Below are positions 33,799 through 44,057 of a stretch of 64,000 nucleotides of DNA, piece by piece. The translations under genes were made by a program, and so were the position numbers. Source of the DNA: an uncultured Eubacteriales bacterium (GTDB lineage: Bacteria > Bacillota > Clostridia > Peptostreptococcales > Anaerovoracaceae); NCBI GenBank assembly GCA_902786815.1, contig CADADV010000006.1:50344-114343 (forward strand), given 5' to 3'. The first letter of the stretch is position 1. Each line of letters begins with the position of its first letter. Below the pieces are notes generated by a model that saw only the letters and a list, made by a program, of their open reading frames with translations, searched no databases and was not told where the DNA came from.

Positions 33799-34478
33799 TA
33801 TTTCTGCCATCCTCTCTTCATCGGGTCAACCATGTCTACAGCCGAGTACAGCAACGCATTGCAGATCGACGCCGCCACGTTGCTGCCGCCTTTTCTTCCA
33901 AAGGCAACAATTGCCGGGATATCATGCTCTTTGCAGATCTCAAAAATCTCTTCCTTGCTCTCCACGACATTGACGAATCCTACCGGCACGCCGATTACCA
34001 AGGCCGGTTTCAGACCGTCCCGGATCATCTCTGACAGAGCGATCAGCGCCGTGGGCGCGTTGCCGGAAACGAAGATCCCGTTCGGATACTCCGCTGCGCC
34101 TCTTCGCATGGATGCGTAGGCACGCGTCGTCCCTTCCTCCTTTGCCTGCTGCATGATCGCAGCATCGGCCATGTAGCAGATAGCCTGCGAAGACAGTTTC
34201 TGAAGAGACGGTTTGCTGATTCCTGAAAGAGCCATGTTCGTATCGGTGATGAACGTGCAGCCGCCCTTCTGCAAAGCCTCGACGGCGCGCTTGACCGCGC
34301 CTTCCGTGAATTTCAGATTCGTTCCGTAATCGAAGTCCGCGCTCGTATGGATGACGCGTTTCACCACCGTCAGATTCTCCTGCGGGACCTCGATACCGCG
34401 CTCCGCAAGCTCTGCCTCGATGATCCGCATGCTTTCTTTTTCGATGTCCGCCGGGCGGACGTATTCATAAGTACTCAT
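33798..34478 (-). CDS. cbiC: Cobalt-precorrin-8 methylmutase
   Basis: IEKESMRIIE...VKRVIHTSADFDY ... GNAPTAL matches the CbiC/CobH signature. Confidence 0.93.
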   Translation of the reverse strand: MSTYEYVRPADIEKESMRIIEAELAERGIEVPQENLTVVKRVIHTSADFDYGTNLKFTEGAVKRAVEALQKGGCTFITDTNMALSGISKPSLQKLSSQAICYMADAAIMQQAKEEGTTRAYASMRRGAAEYPNGIFVSGNAPTALIALSEMIRDGLKPALVIGVPVGFVNVVESKEEIFEICKEHDIPAIVAFGRKGGSNVAASICNALLYSAVDMVDPMKRGWQK

Positions 34479-34501
34479 TCCATCTTCTCCTGTGCCTTGT
34501 T

Positions 34502-36004
34502 TTATCTGTCCGTGATCTCATACCGATCCATGATCTCGTAGATTTTGCCGATATCCAGCACCTTCCGTACGCCTTCTGCCAGAATGTCGTACTGCTGCTG
34601 GACATACACTTCATGGGGGATGATCTGCATCTCGCCCGGATCGATCCCTTTGCGCTGGGCCAGCCACCGGATCAGCGTCTCCGTCAGCTCGCCCGTGTCG
34701 AACAGCCCGTGGAGATACGTGCCGAACACATTGCCTCTCACGCAGCCGTCTGTCTTTCTGTCCGTTGTGCCGTCCGTCAGCTCGCAGAAAGGATCGCCCT
34801 TGACTGTGCTGACGCCCATGTGTATTTCATATCCGTCCAGCTGCACGCCCGCGAACTGGGTTGCCTGAACGGTCCCCTGCACTCTCGTTCTGGACTTGTC
34901 TGCCGTGAACACCGTGTCCACCGGCAAGAGTCCCATGCCCTTGAGATATTCTGTCTTGCCTTCATAATGGTCCGGATTGAAGAGCTGCTCGCCCAGCATC
35001 TGGTAGCCGCCGCACACGCCCAGAACGGGCTTACCTGCAGCCGCGTGTTTCAGGATCGACGCCTCCAGTCCGTTCTGCCGCATCCATAAAAGATCGTCCA
35101 TGGTGTTCTTCGTGCCCGGTATAATGATCAGGTCTGGCTCACCCAGTTCTTTGACCTCCCGGACATAACGCACCCCGGACAGGTCTTCCATCTCCAGTGC
35201 GTTGAAGTCGGTGAAGTTGGAAAGCCGCGGCAGCCGGATGACCGCAATGTCGATAGGGCTATGGCCGCCGGTTTTCGTCAGGCGTGAGGACAGTGAATCC
35301 TCATCATCCAGATCCACGTGGAGCATGGGGATCACGCCGAGCACAGGGATGCCTGTCTTCTCCTCCAGCATCTCCAGTCCCGGTTCCAGGATCTTCACAT
35401 CCCCGCGGAACTTGTTGATGATCATGCCCTCGATGCGTGCCCGATCTTCTTCCGTCATGAGTTCCGCCGTTCCGTACAGCTGCGCGAAGACGCCGCCCCG
35501 GTCAATATCGCCGACCAGCAGGACCGGCGCGTTCAAGTACGCGGCCAGACCCATATTGACGATGTCGTTTTCCGCCAGATTGATCTCTGCCGGACTGCCC
35601 GCTCCCTCAATGACGATGATATCGTTCTCCGCCGCCAGCTCGTCAAAGGCCTTCCGGACTTCCGGCAGCAGCTGTTTCTTGTAATTATGGTATTCCATGG
35701 CGGACATCTCATCCCGGATCTCACCCAGAACGATGACCTGGCTTCCTGTATCGCTGGAGGGCTTGAGGAGCACCGGGTTCATGCGCACGTCCGGCTCGAT
35801 GCCGGCCGCTTCGGCCTGCATGACCTGGGCCCTTCCCATCTCGAAACCGTCTCTTGTAATGTAGCTGTTCAGGGCCATGTTCTGACTCTTGAACGGCGCG
35901 ACCTTGTAGCCGTCCTGCTTGAAGATCCGGCACAGCGCCGCGCAGACAACGCTCTTGCCCGCATCGGACATGGTGCCCTGTATCATGATGCATCTTGTTT
36001 TCAT
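34502..36004 (-). CDS. cbiP: Cobyric acid synthase
   Basis: IMIQGTMSDAGKS, followed by a C-terminal GATase domain (LGVCGGYQMLG). Confidence 0.95.
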   Translation of the reverse strand: MKTRCIMIQGTMSDAGKSVVCAALCRIFKQDGYKVAPFKSQNMALNSYITRDGFEMGRAQVMQAEAAGIEPDVRMNPVLLKPSSDTGSQVIVLGEIRDEMSAMEYHNYKKQLLPEVRKAFDELAAENDIIVIEGAGSPAEINLAENDIVNMGLAAYLNAPVLLVGDIDRGGVFAQLYGTAELMTEEDRARIEGMIINKFRGDVKILEPGLEMLEEKTGIPVLGVIPMLHVDLDDEDSLSSRLTKTGGHSPIDIAVIRLPRLSNFTDFNALEMEDLSGVRYVREVKELGEPDLIIIPGTKNTMDDLLWMRQNGLEASILKHAAAGKPVLGVCGGYQMLGEQLFNPDHYEGKTEYLKGMGLLPVDTVFTADKSRTRVQGTVQATQFAGVQLDGYEIHMGVSTVKGDPFCELTDGTTDRKTDGCVRGNVFGTYLHGLFDTGELTETLIRWLAQRKGIDPGEMQIIPHEVYVQQQYDILAEGVRKVLDIGKIYEIMDRYEITDR

Positions 36005-37113
36005 ATGCCTGTCTCCCTTGTGCGTTCCAGCGCTTCGACGAGCTGCACGTTCTCGTCATGGGTCCTGACCGCGATGCGGAACCATCCGTCGCCCAGTCCT
36101 TCATAATTATCGCAGCTGCGTATCAGGATTCCCTGCGCCCGCATCTGCTCCTCCAGATCTTCCTGTCCGCGGAACAAAATGTAATTCGCGTCGCCGCAGA
36201 CGCCTGCAAAGCCCAGTCCGGTCAGTTCCTCTTTGATCCACTGGCGCTCTTCACGAACGATGCTCCGCCCTTCCTGCACGTGCTCCCGATCCTGCAGTGC
36301 CGCCAGTCCGGCTTCCTGCGCCAGGCTCGAAACGTTCCACGGCGGTCCGGCCTGGGCAAGGGTTTCCGCGGTTTCCGCTTTTGCACAAAGGCAGTATCCC
36401 AGGCGCACGCCGGCCATGCCGTAGATCTTGGTAAAGGCCTTCAGGATGATCAGGTTGTCGTAGTCCTGCAGGTACCCTTTCATCGTATGCCCTTCCGGAT
36501 CGTCAAGGAATCCGTTGAAACACTCGTCGATGACCAGCAGTGTGCCGGCTTGCCGGCACGCCTTAAGGATTTCCTCCAAAAGCGCCCGGTCTGTAGCGAT
36601 GCCGGTCGGGTTGTTCGGCTCGCACAAAAACAGCACATCCGCACCGCCGTCCTTTTCGCGGTCGATCACTTCGATTGCACGCGGAAGCTCCTCGCCGATC
36701 CGGAAATCCGTCTCTTCCGACAGCAGCCATTGCTCCACCTTCCAGCCTTCGGACGCAAAAGCTTCCTCGTACTCGGAAAAAGTCGGTGCTGTTACCAGAA
36801 GCCGCGGCTCCTCAGCCTGTTGTTCCGCCGGCTTTATTGCCTTCGCCAGTCTGTAGATGATATCCGCCGCGCCCGCGCCACAGAACACCTGCTCTGCTGT
36901 CACGCCTTCTGCTTCCGCGATGGCTGCGCGCAGTTTCCGGCATTCCGGATCCGGATACCGCTCCGCAGTCTGCGCCGCCTCCGCGATCGCCTGCTTCACG
37001 CACCCGGACATGCCGAGAGGATTGACGTTCATAGAGAAGTCAAGAGGCTCTTTTCCGTATTCGATTTCGTAGGAAGCCCAGTCGCCTCCGTGTTTGTTCT
37101 TTTGTTTGGTCAT
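36001..37113 (-). CDS. cobD: Threonine-phosphate decarboxylase (class I/II aminotransferase fold)
   Basis: HGGD at the N-terminus, LDFSMNVNPLG, and the PLP lysine region ILKAFTKIYGMAGVRLGY. The preferred start is MTKQKNKHGGD at 37113. Confidence 0.85.
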   Translation of the reverse strand: MTKQKNKHGGDWASYEIEYGKEPLDFSMNVNPLGMSGCVKQAIAEAAQTAERYPDPECRKLRAAIAEAEGVTAEQVFCGAGAADIIYRLAKAIKPAEQQAEEPRLLVTAPTFSEYEEAFASEGWKVEQWLLSEETDFRIGEELPRAIEVIDREKDGGADVLFLCEPNNPTGIATDRALLEEILKACRQAGTLLVIDECFNGFLDDPEGHTMKGYLQDYDNLIILKAFTKIYGMAGVRLGYCLCAKAETAETLAQAGPPWNVSSLAQEAGLAALQDREHVQEGRSIVREERQWIKEELTGLGFAGVCGDANYILFRGQEDLEEQMRAQGILIRSCDNYEGLGDGWFRIAVRTHDENVQLVEALERTRETGI

Positions 37114-37115
37114 AG

Positions 37116-38099
37116 TCAAATTCCTGCGATGATGAGGCACGCACTCACCGCCATGGCCAGAAGCAGCGCGATGATCGACGCCATATACATCATTCTGTTT
37201 GTTTTCAATATATCGTCCGGCTCAATGGCGCGGGTCTTATCGCCGATGGTCGGTTTCTCATAGAGTTCCCCGAAGTAGTAGGCCGGCCCTGCCAGCTGCA
37301 CGCCCAGCGCTCCCGCGCAGGCGGATTCTGTCTGGGCCGAATTGGGACTCGGATGATTGCGGTTGTCCCGCCGCCAGATTTTCCAGGCGTTCTTCGCGCG
37401 CCGCTCACACAGTCCCGCCGCCGCGATCCACATGAGCGCTGCCAGCCGAGCCGGAATGTATCCCGCAAAATCGTCCAAATGCGCCGGTCCGCGTCCGAAG
37501 TTGATATACCGCTCGTTTTTATATCCCACCATGCTGTCCATGGTGTTGATTGCCTTGTAAGTAAGCGCCAGCGGCGCGCCGCCGATCATCATGTAGAAGA
37601 ACGGCACTGCCACACCGTCGGAAAAGCTCTCCGCCACGGTCTCCACCGCAGCCTTCGTCACGCCCTCCGCTGTCAGTTCCTGCGTGTCCCTTCCGACGAT
37701 CCTGGACACAGCCTTCCGCGCGCCCTCGATGTCGCACTCCGGACTCAGATACGAATAAACATTCTTTGCCTCATTGGCAAGGCCCCGCACGGCGATCGCC
37801 TGCCAGCACCATAGCGTATGCAAAAGCAGGAACACGATCGGATGCACGATCCAGGCCAGGACACACAGACCCATCGTCACGACGAAAGTCGTCAGGACGA
37901 TCAGCGTCGCCATCACGCGCCCCGCTGCCCGCTCGCCGCCGGGAGACTTCGGAAAAATGTTCCGCAGATTCCGCTCCAACAGCGTGATGCCTTTGCCGAT
38001 GATCACCACCGGGTGCGGCAGCTTCGCCGGATCTGCGAAGAGCAAGTCCAGCAGGAAGCCGAATATGATCGATAATTCAAACAGTAACAAAAACAACAT
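37116..38099 (-). CDS. cbiB: Adenosylcobinamide-phosphate synthase
   Basis: A polytopic membrane protein with HPVVIIGKGITLLE and SPNSAQTESACAGALGVQLGGP-like motifs. Confidence 0.92.
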   Translation of the reverse strand: MLFLLLFELSIIFGFLLDLLFADPAKLPHPVVIIGKGITLLERNLRNIFPKSPGGERAAGRVMATLIVLTTFVVTMGLCVLAWIVHPIVFLLLHTLWCWQAIAVRGLANEAKNVYSYLSPECDIEGARKAVSRIVGRDTQELTAEGVTKAAVETVAESFSDGVAVPFFYMMIGGAPLALTYKAINTMDSMVGYKNERYINFGRGPAHLDDFAGYIPARLAALMWIAAAGLCERRAKNAWKIWRRDNRNHPSPNSAQTESACAGALGVQLAGPAYYFGELYEKPTIGDKTRAIEPDDILKTNRMMYMASIIALLLAMAVSACLIIAGI

Positions 38100-38112
38100 T
38101 ATCTTCTATACG

Positions 38113-39546
38113 TTATCTTCTACACCTTCTGCACGCTTCAATAAACCGCTCTGCCAGCTGCCCGCCGCCAAGATACAGGTGCGGGAATCCGGCGTAGAGT
38201 GTCTCGCCTGCGTAACCGAAGTCCCACTTGGCGCCGGTCGACAATTTCGTCAGGGTCATGTCGGATCCACCTGCAGTCGTGTCCCAGTAATGGAACTCAT
38301 GGACAGGCGCCTTCTCCCCGGCCCGCAAAAGCATGGTATCCTTCGTTGCGCTGATAGTCCCGTAACCGAAGCGCACCAGCTTGCCTGCGTTGCTTCCGCT
38401 GCCCGGAAGCACGCCGACCATGGGCCAGCTGACTCCATCGGTGTCTTCCAGCTGCGCAGACAGATACAGGAATCCGCCGCACTCAGCGATGGTCGGAAGT
38501 CCGGCTGTGACAGCTTCACGGATCTGCTCCCGCATGGATGCGTTCTCTGCAAGCTGTCTGCCGTAAAGCTCCGGATATCCGCCCGGCAGGTACAGTCCGT
38601 CTATGTTCTCCGGCAGCCCTGCGTCATGGACCGGGCTGAAGAACACGATCTCCGCGCCGGCGTCCTCCAGAGCCGTCAGTGTTTCCGCGTAGATAAAGTT
38701 GAAAGCCTCGTCCCGGGCGACAGCGATGCGGACGTCTGCTGCACCGGCAGCCTTCGCATTGTCCTGAACGCCTGCTCCGGAAGCTTCCTGCGCATCCGGC
38801 GAACTTCCTGCCAGCGCGAGCAGTCTCTCCAGATCAATCGTCTCTTCCATCTTCTGCCCGATCCTGTCGATGCGTTCCGCAAGGTCCGTGATCTCTTCGG
38901 CGGTCATCAGACCCAGATGACGGCTCTCGAAGTTCGCCTCCTCCATGTGAGGAACGTATCCCAGCACCGGAACGCCGCTCGCTTCTTCGATGGCCGGGCC
39001 ATACATTTTGTAGTACATCTCGCTGCAGTCGTTGAAGATGACGCCGCAGATGCGGCTGTCGTCTCTGAACTCCGCAACGCCTTTGATGACGGCTGCCAGC
39101 GTGAGCGCCGCGCCCTTCGGGCGCACCACAAGTATCGCCGGAATATCCAACAGGCTTGCCACGTGGTAGGCGCTGGCATAATCGCCCGCAGACCCTGCAG
39201 GAAACTGCGCCGCACCGGTTCCCATGCTCTGCTGCATCCCGCCGGTTCCCTCGCCGCGCCGCACGCCGTCGTAGTATCCCATCACGCCTTCGCACACCGC
39301 GGCGCCGTGGCCTTTGCTGTTCCTCTCGAACACGTCTTTCACACCGTTCTCTCCTGCCAGGAACACATCCAGATTGTTGCTGGAGATGCCCAAAACGGAA
39401 CGGTGGAACATGGGATCGATATAGTCCGGCCCGCACTTGAATGCGCAGGGGTCGTATTCTTTTCTTTTGAGCAGTGACAGCAGCCCGCAGGTCACGGCGG
39501 TCTTGCCGCTGTTCGATGCCGCTGCTGTGATCATCACTTTAAGCAT
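38113..39546 (-). CDS. cbiA: Cobyrinate a,c-diamide synthase
   Basis: VMITAAASNSGKTAVTCGL, KCGPDYIDPMFH, and C-terminal GATase sequence AECGGFLYL. Confidence 0.93.
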   Translation of the reverse strand: MLKVMITAAASNSGKTAVTCGLLSLLKRKEYDPCAFKCGPDYIDPMFHRSVLGISSNNLDVFLAGENGVKDVFERNSKGHGAAVCEGVMGYYDGVRRGEGTGGMQQSMGTGAAQFPAGSAGDYASAYHVASLLDIPAILVVRPKGAALTLAAVIKGVAEFRDDSRICGVIFNDCSEMYYKMYGPAIEEASGVPVLGYVPHMEEANFESRHLGLMTAEEITDLAERIDRIGQKMEETIDLERLLALAGSSPDAQEASGAGVQDNAKAAGAADVRIAVARDEAFNFIYAETLTALEDAGAEIVFFSPVHDAGLPENIDGLYLPGGYPELYGRQLAENASMREQIREAVTAGLPTIAECGGFLYLSAQLEDTDGVSWPMVGVLPGSGSNAGKLVRFGYGTISATKDTMLLRAGEKAPVHEFHYWDTTAGGSDMTLTKLSTGAKWDFGYAGETLYAGFPHLYLGGGQLAERFIEACRRCRR

Positions 39547-40795
39547 TCTTCTTACCTGTTATGATGTAGATCGGGTTGCCCGCCATCATCATGTGGCGGT
39601 CCCTGATCTGTTTCGATGTGTTGACGCACACCTGTATGATGTCCGTGTCCATGCCGCGATCGGCCATGGCCTTGACGGTGTCCGCCATGGTTTCCAGCAC
39701 GATGGCGGAGACGCAGATCAGCGCGTCGCCATTCTTCTCCAGTGCAGCGTCTATGATTTCTTCCAGCGTTCCGTCCGATCCGCCGATGAACACCCGGTCC
39801 GGTGCCGGCAGATCAGCCAGCGCTTCCGGCGCGCTGCCGGAAACAACATGCAGGTTCCATACGCCGAATTTCTTTTTATTATCCTCGATCAGCTCGCATC
39901 CTTCCGGCTCCCGTTCCACAGCCCAGACGCTGCCCCGGTTTGCCTTCATGGCCAGTTCCACGGACACGCTGCCCGTCCCGGCGCCCACATCCCAGGCGGT
40001 GTCTGTCTTTTTGACTGCCATCTTCGAGAGGATCGCGGCGCGAACCGTCTGTTTCGTCATGGGGATGTCTCCGCGGATGAACGCGCTGTCATCGATTCCC
40101 GGCGTCCTGTCTGTAAACTCTGCAGGCTCCGCCAGCATCACGGACAGGGAATCAAACTGCCGCTCTGCAAAGTCCGCCGCCTTGCCCACGGAGATCTTTT
40201 CGTCCGCATAGGACAGACGCTCTCCGATGATGACCCGAAGCTCGCCCAGCCCCGCGTCCGCAAGCTTCGCACAAAGCTCCGCAGGTCCCAGAGCGCCCCC
40301 TGTCAGGAAGAACACTTCTCTTCCCTCCATGACTTCATGCACCGGGTCGCAGTCCGTTCCGTGCGCGGATACCAGTTTCCAGTCCTGCCACGGCACCTGC
40401 AGGCGCGCGGCCATGACCTGGATGCTCGAGATACCCGGCATCACATCGGCCTCGATGCCTGCCTGGTGAAGCAAAGGCAGCAGGCTCCGTGTACCGGAAT
40501 AGAATCCGGAATCCCCGCTGTAGGCTACGCAGACGTTGATTTCGATTCTTCCGTCTTGCGTTCCTTTGATGGCTGCGACGGCGTCTTCGGCCGCGCCGGT
40601 TCTCTGGATCGCATCCAGGATCTCTGCCGGCTTGATTTCTGCCACCTTCAAGATGCCCGGATCTGCGTAACCTTCCACTGCTTCCAACAGACGCGGTGCG
40701 CCGATGAGAACGTCCGCTTCCGCGATCGTCTGCTTCACTTCTTCGGTCATTGTGCCCGGATCGCCGCATCCGGTTCCAACAAGTGTCACTTTCAT
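39539..40795 (-). CDS. cbiET: Fused cobalt-precorrin-7 C5-methyltransferase / cobalt-precorrin-6B C15-methyltransferase (decarboxylating)
   Basis: The CbiE half contains VTLVGTGCGDPGTMT. The CbiT half contains IPMTKQTVRAAILSKM...WDVGAGTGSVSVE. The start has an ATGA junction with the cbiJ stop. Confidence 0.9.
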   Translation of the reverse strand: MKVTLVGTGCGDPGTMTEEVKQTIAEADVLIGAPRLLEAVEGYADPGILKVAEIKPAEILDAIQRTGAAEDAVAAIKGTQDGRIEINVCVAYSGDSGFYSGTRSLLPLLHQAGIEADVMPGISSIQVMAARLQVPWQDWKLVSAHGTDCDPVHEVMEGREVFFLTGGALGPAELCAKLADAGLGELRVIIGERLSYADEKISVGKAADFAERQFDSLSVMLAEPAEFTDRTPGIDDSAFIRGDIPMTKQTVRAAILSKMAVKKTDTAWDVGAGTGSVSVELAMKANRGSVWAVEREPEGCELIEDNKKKFGVWNLHVVSGSAPEALADLPAPDRVFIGGSDGTLEEIIDAALEKNGDALICVSAIVLETMADTVKAMADRGMDTDIIQVCVNTSKQIRDRHMMMAGNPIYIITGKKNA

Positions 40796-41544
40796 TGTAT
40801 TATCTCCCTGCAATACGCAAGTATCTGATCAAAGGGCAGTCCCTCTTCTTCCGGTCTTCTGATGACAATGATCGATACGCCGCAGCTGCGCGCGGCGTTG
40901 ATCTTCTCGGCAAACCCGCCGGCTCTGCCGCTGTCCTTGGTGATCATCTGATCGATCCGGTAATCCCGCATGACCGCCTTGTTCAGTTCCTCCGAAAACG
41001 GTCCCTGCACTGCGATGATGTTCCGGTGCGGGATGCCTGCATCCTCACAGGCCTGTATGCTCGATACGACCGGCAGCACCCGCGGATACAAGAGCTCGGG
41101 ATCGAGAATCTCCGCGTAAACGCCAAGTTCCTTCGACCCTGTGGTCAGCAGCACCCGTCCGCCGACCGCGTATGCAGCATTCGCGGCCTCCTGCGCGGTC
41201 TTGACATAAAGGATATCCTCAACGCCCTGTGCTTCGCTGTCGGATTCGTCCCGCAAAAGCCGCAGCCGCTCTACGCCTTCTGCTTCCGCCGCGCGCCGGA
41301 TATTGTCCGTGACGATCACAGCGTAAGGATGGGTCGCGTCGATGACCAGATCCGCATCTGAGATCATGGCGCGGATCCCGTCTTCCTCCTTCGGACCGAC
41401 CTCGACCTGCACGCCGTCAAATTCGCCCTGCTCTTCTGCACCGACGTCCGACACCACGCTGACCACAACGTCAGCGCCTGCCTTTGCAAGAGCCTGGGAA
41501 AGCTCCCGTCCTTCAGATGTTCCCCCGAAAATAACTGTCTTCAT
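40792..41544 (-). CDS. cbiJ: Cobalt-precorrin-6A reductase
   Basis: VIFGGTSEGRELS ... ITKDSGRAGGFAEK matches CbiJ/CobK. Confidence 0.9.
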   Translation of the reverse strand: MKTVIFGGTSEGRELSQALAKAGADVVVSVVSDVGAEEQGEFDGVQVEVGPKEEDGIRAMISDADLVIDATHPYAVIVTDNIRRAAEAEGVERLRLLRDESDSEAQGVEDILYVKTAQEAANAAYAVGGRVLLTTGSKELGVYAEILDPELLYPRVLPVVSSIQACEDAGIPHRNIIAVQGPFSEELNKAVMRDYRIDQMITKDSGRAGGFAEKINAARSCGVSIIVIRRPEEEGLPFDQILAYCREIIQ

Positions 41545-42271
41545 GCTTTTCGTATCCTCTCGGTGTGACCATTCTCCCCGCGATGACTTTTGTCGAAGCG
41601 GAACCGATGAACACGGTCGTGAACATATCGATCGGTTCCTGCTCCAGCTGCGCGAGAGTCACGATATTGTATTCCTGTCCTTCCCTGCCGATGTTCTTCA
41701 CCCATCCGCAGACCGTGTCCGGACTCTTGTGTTCCATGATGATGCTGCAGGCCTTCTGCAGATGATCCGCCCGTTTCTTCGAACGCGGATTGTAGATGCA
41801 GATGGCGAAGTCTGCTTCCGCTGCGCAGTGCAGCCGTTTCTCGATCAGTTCCCACGGCGTGAGCAGGTCCGACAGAGAGATGAGACAGAAATCGTGTCCC
41901 AGAGGCGCACCCAGGACTGCTGCCCCGGAGTTTGCCGCTGTCACGCCGGCGACCACTTCGATCTCCACGTCCTCGTACTGGTCTGCTAGTTCAAACAAAA
42001 GCCCCGCCATTCCGTACACGCCGGCGTCACCGCTGCAGACCATGGCAACGGTCTTTCCCGTGCTTGCTTTCTCTATGGCCCATCTGCACCGCTCGATTTC
42101 CTGTTTCATCGGCGTCGTGTACGTTTCCTTGTCCGGATACAGATCCTTCACCAGATCCACGTACACGGTGTAGCCCGCGATCACGTCTGCGCGCCCCAGC
42201 GCTGCCTTTGCTTCCTGGGTGAAGAACTCCTCTCCGCCCGGTCCGATTCCTACTGCATATACTTTATTCAT
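41513..42271 (-). CDS. cbiH: Cobalt-factor III / precorrin-3B C17-methyltransferase
   Basis: VYAVGIGPGGEEFFT ... VAMVCSGDAGVYGMAG. Confidence 0.93.
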   Translation of the reverse strand: MNKVYAVGIGPGGEEFFTQEAKAALGRADVIAGYTVYVDLVKDLYPDKETYTTPMKQEIERCRWAIEKASTGKTVAMVCSGDAGVYGMAGLLFELADQYEDVEIEVVAGVTAANSGAAVLGAPLGHDFCLISLSDLLTPWELIEKRLHCAAEADFAICIYNPRSKKRADHLQKACSIIMEHKSPDTVCGWVKNIGREGQEYNIVTLAQLEQEPIDMFTTVFIGSASTKVIAGRMVTPRGYEKHEDSYFRGNI

Positions 42272-43277
42272 CTTGTTTCCACTCCCATGTTGGTCTGTAA
42301 TCTATCATTGCCACGGCCATGGTCACGCCGCCGCCGGACATTTTCCGAACGACGACCTCACCGCCTGATTTGGCGCAGGCGCTCCGCTCGCAGACGTTGT
42401 CCACGCCGGTTACGTTTTTCACCAGTTCGGAGGCAGTGAATCTGCCGCCGATACCGGCCAGTTCATTCGCGGTATAAAAATCCGCCTCCCAGCCGTGGTC
42501 CTCGCAGAATTCCAGCAGCCCGGCTTCCTCTTTCTTCAGATCGATCGAGGCCACGCCCGTTACTGATTCCGGCCGGAGGCCGGTCTTCTCGATCAGTTTC
42601 TCAAGCAAAGACTCAATAGCCTCTTTCGGGGTGCCTTTGCGGCAGCCGATGCCGAGGGTACATACCGGCGGAACGATGTGCAGGGTATCTGTGTCCTTGC
42701 TGAAGGCATCCAATGTCACGTCCGCAGATGCGTCCGCGTCCGCGCAGGCGTCGACCACGCGGATCCCTTCCGGAACTTCCCCTGTGATTTCCCAGGGGCT
42801 TTTCACGGTCACGGTGCCGCCGCCCAGCAGCGCGCCCGAAACGCGCACGATGCGTTCTTTCTCTATGAGCTTGCATCCCTGCCGTTTCGACCATTCGTCC
42901 ACGGCAAAGACGCCGTTGATGTCGGTGGCCGTCGTGATGACGCAGTTCGCGCCGGATGCTTTTGCGATAGCACGGGCAAGGTCATTGGCGCCGCCCAGAT
43001 GCCCCGACAGAATCGGGATGACGTTCAAGGCCTTTTCGTCGATGACCACAACGGCGGGATCCGTCGTCTTGTCCGCGACGTATGGCGCAATGGCACGCAC
43101 GGCAATTCCCGCCGCGCCGACGAACACGAGTCCGTCGTCCGATGCGAAGTGCTCCTCCGTCCACTCGGACAGACTCTGTGTCTGCCCGCTGCGGAAGGCG
43201 GTTCCGCCCAGTTCATCCGCCAGTCTGACCGCCAGCTCATATCCAGTTTCTGAAAACGCCAGATACGCCAGTTTCAT
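42264..43277 (-). CDS. cbiG: Cobalt-precorrin-5A hydrolase
   Basis: Two-domain CbiG pattern (LVFVGAAGIAVRAIAP ... LGIGCRKG ... ASIDLKKEE). Confidence 0.9.
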   Translation of the reverse strand: MKLAYLAFSETGYELAVRLADELGGTAFRSGQTQSLSEWTEEHFASDDGLVFVGAAGIAVRAIAPYVADKTTDPAVVVIDEKALNVIPILSGHLGGANDLARAIAKASGANCVITTATDINGVFAVDEWSKRQGCKLIEKERIVRVSGALLGGGTVTVKSPWEITGEVPEGIRVVDACADADASADVTLDAFSKDTDTLHIVPPVCTLGIGCRKGTPKEAIESLLEKLIEKTGLRPESVTGVASIDLKKEEAGLLEFCEDHGWEADFYTANELAGIGGRFTASELVKNVTGVDNVCERSACAKSGGEVVVRKMSGGGVTMAVAMIDYRPTWEWKQDE

Positions 43278-43301
43278 GATGCAATCCTGCTTGATTCTTC
43301 C

Positions 43302-44057
43302 CTATTTGCTCGCCTGCCGGAACTCCGTTGTGAATCCCGGATCGTAGAGCTTGCTTCTTTCGTATTTGTCGCCCAGGAATCCTCCGACGAGAATCAGGGC
43401 AGTCTTGGTGATGTTGTTTTCCTTTGCGGCCTGCGCCAGTGTGCTGACGGTGCAGTGCACGACCTTTTCCTCCGGCCATGTCGCCTTGTAGACGATGGCT
43501 GCCGGAGCATCTGCCGCGTAGCCTCCATCCATGAGTTCTGCGCTGACCTCCTCCAGAAGTCCGGTCGACAGGAAGATGACCATGGTGCAGCCATGGGCTG
43601 CGAAAGAGCGGATGCTTTCCTTTTCCGGAACCGGCGTCCTGCCTGCCATACGCGTGATGACCACACTCTGGCTCACGCTGGGCAGAGTGTACTCTGCATT
43701 CAGGGCAGCTGCTGCGCCGCTGAAGCTGGAGACGCCGGGGACATCCTCGTATTTGATGCCGAGCTCATCCAGCAAATCCATCTGCTCCCGGATGGCGCCG
43801 TACAGGCTGGCGTCGCCCGTATGCAGCCGGACCGTATCCAGACCTTTGCTCTCCGCGTCTTTCATCTCTTCGATGACTTCTTCCAAAGTCATCTCGGCGC
43901 TGTTGAAGATCCGGCATCCGGGTTTCGCGTATTCCAGAAGCGCCGGGTTGACCAGGCTTCCAGCGTAGATGATGACGTCTGTCTCCTGCAGGAGACGGGC
44001 GCCTCTCATTGTGATCAGATCGGCCGCTCCCGGGCCTGCTCCTACGAAATGTATCAT
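43302..44057 (-). CDS. cbiF: Cobalt-precorrin-4 C11-methyltransferase
   Basis: IHFVGAGPGAADLITMRG ... RLHTGDASLYGA. The start has an ATGA junction with the cbiD stop. Confidence 0.95.
   Translation of the reverse strand: MIHFVGAGPGAADLITMRGARLLQETDVIIYAGSLVNPALLEYAKPGCRIFNSAEMTLEEVIEEMKDAESKGLDTVRLHTGDASLYGAIREQMDLLDELGIKYEDVPGVSSFSGAAAALNAEYTLPSVSQSVVITRMAGRTPVPEKESIRSFAAHGCTMVIFLSTGLLEEVSAELMDGGYAADAPAAIVYKATWPEEKVVHCTVSTLAQAAKENNITKTALILVGGFLGDKYERSKLYDPGFTTEFRQASK

Noticed and set aside
37774-39477. 567-aa plus-strand ORF
   Set aside because: It is antisense to cbiB and cbiA. The sequence is Arg/Ala/His-rich with no domain-like features or RBS. It is a shadow ORF.
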